Virus record (IMG/VR): IMGVR_UViG_3300048008_000449
Span: 124,001-188,000 of that record
Strand: one strand, 5' to 3'
Length of the DNA stretch: 64,000 nucleotides
The notes under the pieces were generated by a model, which made no database searches, was not told the DNA's origin, and was given only the letters and a program-made list of their open reading frames with translations. Every line of letters begins with the position of its first letter. Position 1 is the stretch's first letter. Made by a program: the position numbers and the translations under genes. Below are positions 57,453 to 64,000 of the stretch, one piece after another.

Positions 57453-58424
57453 TTATTTTTCTTCAATTAGTCTTTCAAACTCTCTCAAACGTTTATATAC
57501 GCTTGCTAGTTCAATAATAGTAGGCCATGCTTTAAGTATATATTGCATTGAACCTTCTACTCTACCAAAAGCTCTAATAATTTGTTGCATCACACCTAGT
57601 GTTACAACACCTGCTACAATAGCTGGTGCTAAAAATACATAAGCTGATAATACATTTGCTTGTAAATATGAAATTCTACCTATATTAAAATACAAGTATC
57701 TAATATAAGATTTAAAGTGAATACTTCTTACATCTTGAAATAATTCATCAATTCTTTTAGGACGAATTGTCACATCATCTTCTGCAATTACAAGTATTTT
57801 TCTGTAAGCTGCTTCTTTCTTTTGTAAATCATATTCTACTCCAACTAGACGTAATAACCAACCTAATCCAATTAAGAATATTGTTCCTCCAATACTCCAA
57901 ATTAACGCACCAGTTACTAGTCCATATTGCCAATCACCAAAGAAGAAGATTGGAATACCAACTGATAGTCCTAATAGAATAGGAACAAATTGTACTAGAA
58001 CCATTACTGATTCAATTAAACTTGTACCAAGTCCTTCCATGATACGACTAAACTTAATAGTATCTTCTTGTACACGTTGAGCTGCACCTTCAATAGTACG
58101 TGCTTTGTCGTATACACTATGATACCATTCAACCATTGCTGCTCTCCATCTAAACAAATAGTGTGCAGTAAAGTAACTAACAACTACGGCAATCAAAACA
58201 TAAATTGCAGCCAAGTAAATAAAAGTTCCTAAACTACTCCAATATTCTGTAATTGTAATAGCGTTTGGTGCACCAAGTGCTTTTTGAATCATATCGTAAA
58301 ACTGCCCAAACCATTCATTAATTTTAACGTCAATTTGAACTTGTACCCATAATGAACTTAGGATAATAGCTGAACCCAGCCACGACCACAATGCCCATTG
58401 TTTTTGTGTGAAAAATCTAAACAT
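57453..58424 (-). CDS. sbmA: SbmA/BacA-family peptide transporter
   Basis: INEW...FYD.IQ.AL, HY.FRWR.AM, IEGAAQRVQEDT.KF, Q.KEAAYRK.LV.AED, QI..AFG.V..S.QY....W.TIIEL.SVYKRL..FE; no NBD. Confidence 0.92.
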   Translation of the reverse strand: MFRFFTQKQWALWSWLGSAIILSSLWVQVQIDVKINEWFGQFYDMIQKALGAPNAITITEYWSSLGTFIYLAAIYVLIAVVVSYFTAHYLFRWRAAMVEWYHSVYDKARTIEGAAQRVQEDTIKFSRIMEGLGTSLIESVMVLVQFVPILLGLSVGIPIFFFGDWQYGLVTGALIWSIGGTIFLIGLGWLLRLVGVEYDLQKKEAAYRKILVIAEDDVTIRPKRIDELFQDVRSIHFKSYIRYLYFNIGRISYLQANVLSAYVFLAPAIVAGVVTLGVMQQIIRAFGRVEGSMQYILKAWPTIIELASVYKRLREFERLIEEK

Positions 58425-58468
58425 TTTCTTTTCCTTATATAAAATGCAGAATTAACTACATACATATC

Positions 58469-58507
58469 TATTTATGGCAACTATAGTATGACTAATTTGC
58501 ATAAATA
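58469..58507. promoter_or_regulatory. back-to-back late-type promoters (ATAAATA) driving sbmA and the gp14/gp15 operon
   Basis: CATAAATAG on minus at 58469-58475 and CATAAATAC on plus at 58501-58507; the same motif lies upstream of most structural genes. Confidence 0.7.
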
Positions 58508-58528
58508 CAATATAACAAGGAAACCTGC

Positions 58529-59596
58529 ATGCCAAGATTAAGTTTATATAAACCATTTAAAGGTAACGACTATAAGTTTATGGATCACGCAATACGTGAA
58601 CAATTCGATATAGGTGGTACTGGAATACACGTACACAAATACCTAGGACCGGATCCTAAGAACGATAGTAAAGATCCTAGCGAGCCTAATTATGGCAGTG
58701 GTATGGAAATAGATAATATTACAGGAGAAGAAATTAATCCTGAAGGTTTAATTGACGAAACAAACATACAAGACTTATTGTTTATGGAAAACAGAGATCG
58801 TAAATACGATCCTGACGTATTTGAACTACGTGGTGTATATAATGTTAGTGATAATGATTTTGATTTAACACAATTTGGTTTATTTTTAACAAATGATACA
58901 TTGTTTATTAGTTTTCATATTAACGATATGGTAGAACGTTTAGGGCGTAGACTTATGCCAGGTGATGTAATTGAATTACCACATTTACGTGATGAACTTT
59001 TACTTACTAACGCTAGAGATGCTATTAATAAATTTTATGTAGTGCAAGATGCCGCTAGAGGAAGTGAAGGATTTTCACAAACTTGGTATCCACACATTTG
59101 GCGTGTTAAAGTAGCACCATTAACAGATACACAAGAATACGCAGATATACTTGGAACTGCTAATGATCCAGATAGTCTTAAAAATGATATAAGTGCATAC
59201 AAAACAGAACTTAACATTAGTAATGCTATTGTAAAGAGTGCTGAAGCTGCTGACCCACTAGGATTACCATTAGCTGACCATTTATTTGGTGTAGAGACTG
59301 AAGATAAAACATATAAGCATGGTGAGACATTAGAACAAGGCGATCAGTTTCCAGTAAGTCCAAACGAAGGTGAGTATTTTGTAAGAACAGACTTTACACC
59401 TAATAGACTTTTTGTCAGAAGAGGCAATAAATGGCATAGATTATATGATAATGTTACTGATCAAACATGGAGTGATAGAACATATAATGCTAGTAGCTTT
59501 ATTAATAACAATGCTACTACAGTTATCGACGATAAAGAGTTTCCTGAAAAGCAAGCACTTAGTCAAGTTATTAAACCAAAGAGTGATTTTGAATAA
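58529..59596 (+). CDS. neck protein (T4 gp14-like) with C-terminal extension
   Basis: DLTQFGLFL.ND.LFI.F, GR.LMPGDVIELPH; precedes the gp15-like gene. Confidence 0.7.
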   Translation: MPRLSLYKPFKGNDYKFMDHAIREQFDIGGTGIHVHKYLGPDPKNDSKDPSEPNYGSGMEIDNITGEEINPEGLIDETNIQDLLFMENRDRKYDPDVFELRGVYNVSDNDFDLTQFGLFLTNDTLFISFHINDMVERLGRRLMPGDVIELPHLRDELLLTNARDAINKFYVVQDAARGSEGFSQTWYPHIWRVKVAPLTDTQEYADILGTANDPDSLKNDISAYKTELNISNAIVKSAEAADPLGLPLADHLFGVETEDKTYKHGETLEQGDQFPVSPNEGEYFVRTDFTPNRLFVRRGNKWHRLYDNVTDQTWSDRTYNASSFINNNATTVIDDKEFPEKQALSQVIKPKSDFE

Positions 59597-60951
59597 TGGC
59601 ACAACAATATTTTTACGATAAACAAATTAGAAGATACATTCAACAGTTTATAAGACTGTTTAGTGGATTCAGTGTTGAAATGGGTAAAAACGAAGAAGAC
59701 TTATCTGTATTTCAACAAGTTCCTGTACGTTATGGAGACATTAATAGAATGGCTGCACACATAACAAGAGAAAACAGTGAAAACATTATTAATACTGTTC
59801 CGTTTATAAGTTGTTACGTAACTTCATTAGATATGTTACCAGAAAGACGTACATATCAAGATCATGTTGATAAAGTTCAAGTATTTGAAAAGAAATACGA
59901 TGACACAACTGGTGAATATATAAATGAAAGAGGAAATAGTTATACTGTTGAAAGACATGCACCTGTTCCTTATATGTTACAAATGAATTGTGATATTTGG
60001 ACTTCAAACACAGACCAAAAATTACAATTAATGGAACAAATACTAGTATTATTTAATCCTACACTAGACATAAGAACAAACAATAGTCCAATTGACTGGA
60101 CTGCATTGAGTCATGTAGAATTAACTAATACAACATGGAGTACAAGAAGTGTGGGATCAAGCATAGATGATATTATTGATGTTGCTACTTTAAGTTTTAA
60201 TATACCAGTACATATTAATCCTCCAGCTAAAGTTAAACAGCAAAAATTAATTCATACAATTATAAGTGAACTGTATAACTTAGACGATACAAATTTAGAT
60301 TTGTTTAGAGAAGAGCAATCCTTTGATAAACAAACGTTGCAATATACAATTGTAACATACGAAGATAGAAAAGTGAAATACGAAGATGGTAATTTACAAT
60401 TATTAAACGCTAATGGGCAAAAACTTGATAACGATGGTTTAATACTAGACTGGTCTAAAGAGTTAAAACCTTTTGGTGAATTACGAACTGGAATAAGTCA
60501 ATTAAGACTTAGAAAAAATACAGACGTAAGTGACAAATCAGATGATATAATTGGTAAACTTGATTTCCATCCTAGTGACTCAAATCTATTAACAGTTGAC
60601 GTAGATCAGTCAACATTACCAACAAATACACTCACAGCCGTAAATGCTATTTTAGATCCAGTTAAAAATTATCCTGGAGATGGAACAGTTCCAGCCGCAT
60701 CATTAGGACAAAGATATATATTAATTAATGATGTACCTAGTAATCAATGGTTAAATGTTGTTGCCCACAGATATGATATTATTGAATATAATGGATCAAC
60801 TTGGAATGTAAGTTTTGATTCTTCTACAAATACAGATACTCAATATGTAACTAACGTAGCAAGCAACGACCAGTTAGAATGGAACGGTAAAGAGTGGGTT
60901 AATAGCTATGAGGGAATTTACAATGCAGGATTCTGGAGACTCTATCTTTAA
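59596..60951 (+). CDS. tail terminator/sheath stabiliser (T4 gp15-like) with C-terminal extension
   Basis: YFYD.QIRRYI.QF..LF, VPVRYG, PVPY, QL.EQIL..FNP. Confidence 0.85.
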   Translation: MAQQYFYDKQIRRYIQQFIRLFSGFSVEMGKNEEDLSVFQQVPVRYGDINRMAAHITRENSENIINTVPFISCYVTSLDMLPERRTYQDHVDKVQVFEKKYDDTTGEYINERGNSYTVERHAPVPYMLQMNCDIWTSNTDQKLQLMEQILVLFNPTLDIRTNNSPIDWTALSHVELTNTTWSTRSVGSSIDDIIDVATLSFNIPVHINPPAKVKQQKLIHTIISELYNLDDTNLDLFREEQSFDKQTLQYTIVTYEDRKVKYEDGNLQLLNANGQKLDNDGLILDWSKELKPFGELRTGISQLRLRKNTDVSDKSDDIIGKLDFHPSDSNLLTVDVDQSTLPTNTLTAVNAILDPVKNYPGDGTVPAASLGQRYILINDVPSNQWLNVVAHRYDIIEYNGSTWNVSFDSSTNTDTQYVTNVASNDQLEWNGKEWVNSYEGIYNAGFWRLYL

Positions 60952-61000
60952 TATCGACGACCCGTGTGACGATGTAAGTCATTGGATAGGAAAAATATGA
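60923..61000 (+). CDS. candidate 25-aa micro-ORF
   Basis: MQDSGDSIFNIDDPCDDVSHWIGKI; GAGG RBS; ATGA-coupled to the NUDIX gene. Confidence 0.4.
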   Translation: MQDSGDSIFNIDDPCDDVSHWIGKI

Positions 61001-61431
61001 TAATAGCAAGTGGTTGTTTATTTTTAAGCACAGACACAGGAAGAATAATGCTTCAACAACGAAGCGGTGAAGTTAATCACCCACGAACATGGGGTTTCTT
61101 TGGAGGCAAGGCTGAAAAAGGTGAAAGACCAACTGAAGCACTATTGCGTGAAATAGAAGAAGAGCTTGGATTAGTTCCAGATATAAAAAAAGTTATTCCT
61201 GTTAATAAATTTACTAGTCCTAATAAGAAATTTGTTTACCATACATTTTTAGTCACAGTTGAAGAGGAGTTTATTCCTGTTCTTAATAACGAAAGTGATG
61301 GTTATTGCTGGATTAAAATTGGCAACTGGCCTAGACCGTTGCACCCTGGTGCAAAAATACAATGTAATTCAAAACAGTTTGTTAAAAAAATAAAAACAGT
61401 ATACGAACAGTTTACTACATCGCTGGATTAA
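60997..61431 (+). CDS. NUDIX hydrolase
   Basis: GGKAEKGE.P.EALLREIEEELG Nudix box; start set to ATG (MIIASG). Confidence 0.92.
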   Translation: MIIASGCLFLSTDTGRIMLQQRSGEVNHPRTWGFFGGKAEKGERPTEALLREIEEELGLVPDIKKVIPVNKFTSPNKKFVYHTFLVTVEEEFIPVLNNESDGYCWIKIGNWPRPLHPGAKIQCNSKQFVKKIKTVYEQFTTSLD

Positions 61432-62131
61432 TAATACCCATTTCTTTTCTACTGAATATATTATTTAAAAATGAATTAAATACTTCTTCACTATCATATT
61501 GATGAATATCACTAAAATCTGGATCAATTTCATACATTTCAGAATTTGTTCTCATGCTATGTGAGAAACCCAATGCAGTTGCAGTTTCTTTCCAACCATA
61601 ATAACGTTTTAAATTAAAATTATTTTTTATTTCATTACATTCTATAGTAATTTGTTGTAGCATTCTTTCGTCATTTTTATACCAAGTATATATTGGATAT
61701 GTAATATCCCACCCACCTACATGTTTCCACCAATTAAAGCATTCTTGTGGTGTATCATAAAAAGACCAAAACCTTGCTTTTGGAAATAGTTGTTTTAATA
61801 ATGGCAAATGATAGCTAAACCAATGACTTTTAATAATTTTAGTTCCATAATTCCAATCAGTAAATGGTGCTTTAAATTCTTGTATTATTTCTTCTTTAGT
61901 TAATGTATCTAATATATCAAACTTATGTCCTACTGGATTATCAGGACCCCAATAAGCACCTCGATGCCATCCAACAACTTGTCCGTCAACTTTTTTTCTA
62001 TATACAAAGTTATTCTTATTATCAGACAAATTAATATCTTTACATATAAGACTAAGCATACGAATTGCTCCACTCCATCTAGATCCTGGAGCTCCTGTAA
62101 CTATAATTAAATCTTCACCTTGATATTCCAT
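61415..62131 (-). CDS. P-loop/sulfotransferase-like hypothetical protein
   Basis: IIVTGAPGSRWSG, KIIKSHW, LKQLFP.ARF. Confidence 0.55.
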   Translation of the reverse strand: MEYQGEDLIIVTGAPGSRWSGAIRMLSLICKDINLSDNKNNFVYRKKVDGQVVGWHRGAYWGPDNPVGHKFDILDTLTKEEIIQEFKAPFTDWNYGTKIIKSHWFSYHLPLLKQLFPKARFWSFYDTPQECFNWWKHVGGWDITYPIYTWYKNDERMLQQITIECNEIKNNFNLKRYYGWKETATALGFSHSMRTNSEMYEIDPDFSDIHQYDSEEVFNSFLNNIFSRKEMGIINPAM

Positions 62132-62940
62132 TAGTTTCCTTTATTAATTTCTTTTAAAATTTTGTTTGTAAGGTATTCATGTGTCTTAGGTCCTGGGTGT
62201 GTTTGGTCTCTTCCTAAATCTATCATTTCTTCTTTACTGTACTGTATTGATTTAATGTGTGTTGGTTCATAATCATAAAACCAATGCTTTCTTCTTTCGT
62301 TTGGTTCTAATATATAATACTGTGCATTTGGAAATGATTGTAGTAACGCTAGTTCAAACATTTTAAATATTTTACCATTGCTTTGTTTAAAAGTTTCTCT
62401 AACAAGTTTTCTAACTTTTTCATCTTTTTCTTTTCTTAACCAAAATCGCATAAGCCAATTAGTATCATTAACACCCCAAAAATCAGTAAGTATAACATAT
62501 TTTGGATTAAGTTTAAAATCAAATAGATTATCTGCCATATCAGTTAATGTATCAAAATCACTTATATTAAAATGATTTAATGATAATTTTTTAGAAAGCA
62601 AATATGGTATACTCATTTCATATGGTATTCCAGTTCCTAATAATAAACTTCCGCCGGCAAATACTATACCAACATCAGTTAAATCATCTGGACCTCTATA
62701 TCCATATTTGTTCCATTTATAACTAAAGTCTAAATTAGTATCATTATCCCAATCAAGTTCTTGTATTGCATTAAAAGTAAAATGATCAGTTCCATTTTCT
62801 CCTACTTTGCATTTGTTTCCTGTATCATGCCGGCCATAATATTTTATTGTTTCATTTGGCAATCTTGGCTGTTTTTCAGCTTTTTCTTTTTGATTATAAA
62901 AGAACTTTGGATCTACCTCAGGAAAGTCGTTTTCTATCAT
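62131..62940 (-). CDS. SGNH-like hypothetical protein
   Basis: Y.WN.YGYRG, FAGGSLLLGTG, RDQTHPG. Confidence 0.6.
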   Translation of the reverse strand: MIENDFPEVDPKFFYNQKEKAEKQPRLPNETIKYYGRHDTGNKCKVGENGTDHFTFNAIQELDWDNDTNLDFSYKWNKYGYRGPDDLTDVGIVFAGGSLLLGTGIPYEMSIPYLLSKKLSLNHFNISDFDTLTDMADNLFDFKLNPKYVILTDFWGVNDTNWLMRFWLRKEKDEKVRKLVRETFKQSNGKIFKMFELALLQSFPNAQYYILEPNERRKHWFYDYEPTHIKSIQYSKEEMIDLGRDQTHPGPKTHEYLTNKILKEINKGN

Positions 62941-63890
62941 ACTTTAATAACTCTATTAGGATCTGGATTATCAATCATGTGTTGTACTTTATCATTAATG
63001 AATCCAGTAAATTGGAAAGTAACTCTTGGTGTATATCCAAAGTTAGCTGTTCCATGTGGCATATTACACCAATCGTATGTTATACATTCGCCTGCTTTAT
63101 ACTGATGATAATATGTATTACCAAATTGCCATACATGTCCATAATCCCAATCTTGTAGCATAACTAAAAACCTTCTTAATTTTAAAGGATTTTTATCAGC
63201 GCCAGCTTTAGTCCATACTTCACGCCATCCTGGTCTTGCATATCTCATTTGTTGATCAATATGAATAGGAGTAACTTGTCCTAGTCTTTGAATATGTAAT
63301 CTGGATTGATGAACATCTACTCCTAATGCATCTATCATTCTAAGTAGTATTGCATACTCTGGTGATTCATTACGCTTTGCGAAATAGTTTTTTCCATCTT
63401 TATCAAATCTTGCTCTAACAACCATGTCATGATACATACTACTTACGTCTTCTTTACCAGAAGCAAGTAGAACGTCTTGTATTTCTCCGTCATGTAAATC
63501 TTTATCTTGTTTACTTAGATTACGCTGTCTATAATTTCCTATAGTCATTTCTGTTGCAGTTTTTAGTGCATGCTGTACTGCTTCACTAAAATCTCCTTCA
63601 AATCTACAAGGTACTACAAATGTTTCTTCATGTGGATCAGCAAAAGTATCAAAGTGCCAATCGGCACGTAATTTATTATGCTCCCATCTGCTTGGAACTC
63701 CATCTACTTTAAAAATGTTATCCATTTTGTCATGTTTTTCCATCTGTTCATTACTATACATTTCATCTTTATATGCTGAATCAATTTGGGTATTACCTTC
63801 TTGATGTTTATGTTCTGCTTTTTTAACTGCATCTACAAGGTCATCTATTTTATCGCCACTATAATAATTTTTATCTGTTTTTTGTTTCAT
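62937..63890 (-). CDS. 2OG-Fe(II) oxygenase-like protein
   Basis: GQVTPIHID, RRFLVMLQDW, MPHGTAN.G..PRVTFQFTG. Confidence 0.7.
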   Translation of the reverse strand: MKQKTDKNYYSGDKIDDLVDAVKKAEHKHQEGNTQIDSAYKDEMYSNEQMEKHDKMDNIFKVDGVPSRWEHNKLRADWHFDTFADPHEETFVVPCRFEGDFSEAVQHALKTATEMTIGNYRQRNLSKQDKDLHDGEIQDVLLASGKEDVSSMYHDMVVRARFDKDGKNYFAKRNESPEYAILLRMIDALGVDVHQSRLHIQRLGQVTPIHIDQQMRYARPGWREVWTKAGADKNPLKLRRFLVMLQDWDYGHVWQFGNTYYHQYKAGECITYDWCNMPHGTANFGYTPRVTFQFTGFINDKVQHMIDNPDPNRVIKV

Positions 63891-63891
63891 G

Positions 63892-64000
63892 TTAATGTTC
63901 TTTACAGTTTGGTAACATACTAATAATTGTCTTTAAGTTATTTTCAGTTAAAAACACACTCATCAATATATGATATATGTCGTCTGACATAGCAAAGCTA
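63892..64000 (-). CDS. 3' end of a gene, probably another oxygenase related to 44418..45083
   Basis: SFAMSDDIYHILMSV...IISMLP vs GFSFVDGVYHLSAAL...LLDVLP. Confidence 0.5.
   Translation of the reverse strand, partial: SFAMSDDIYHILMSVFLTENNLKTIISMLPNCKEH

Overview
This is a 64-kb segment of a large, AT-rich, T4-like myovirus genome. It is most likely a marine or aquatic phage of a proteobacterial host, judged from the ISC-type IscU, Fpr and SbmA genes and the canonical sigma70 promoters. Almost all genes lie on the minus strand. Core T4-like genes are scattered: gp13/14/15 neck and tail terminator, gp18 sheath, gp19 tube, gp4, terminase, PAAR, gp32, UvsX/Y/W, gp41 helicase, gp61 primase, NrdAB with glutaredoxin, and dNMP kinase. 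There are five CCA-ending tRNAs (Glu, Asp, Ala, Leu, Thr). No major capsid protein, portal or family-B polymerase is recognisable in the window. Many tailoring-type enzymes are inserted between the core genes: at least six 2OG-Fe(II) oxygenases, a flavin-dependent halogenase next to an SbmA/BacA peptide transporter, paralogous SAM-fold proteins, sulfotransferase-like and SGNH-like proteins, Fpr and IscU. Other notable features are a 194-aa DnaE-like polymerase core beside primase/helicase, an RNA-ligase-like putative virion protein, apparently leaderless transcripts for several genes, a repeated early-promoter cassette with a palindromic operator, and a GC-rich structured intergenic RNA candidate. 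All protein calls come from motif recognition by eye, not database searches.
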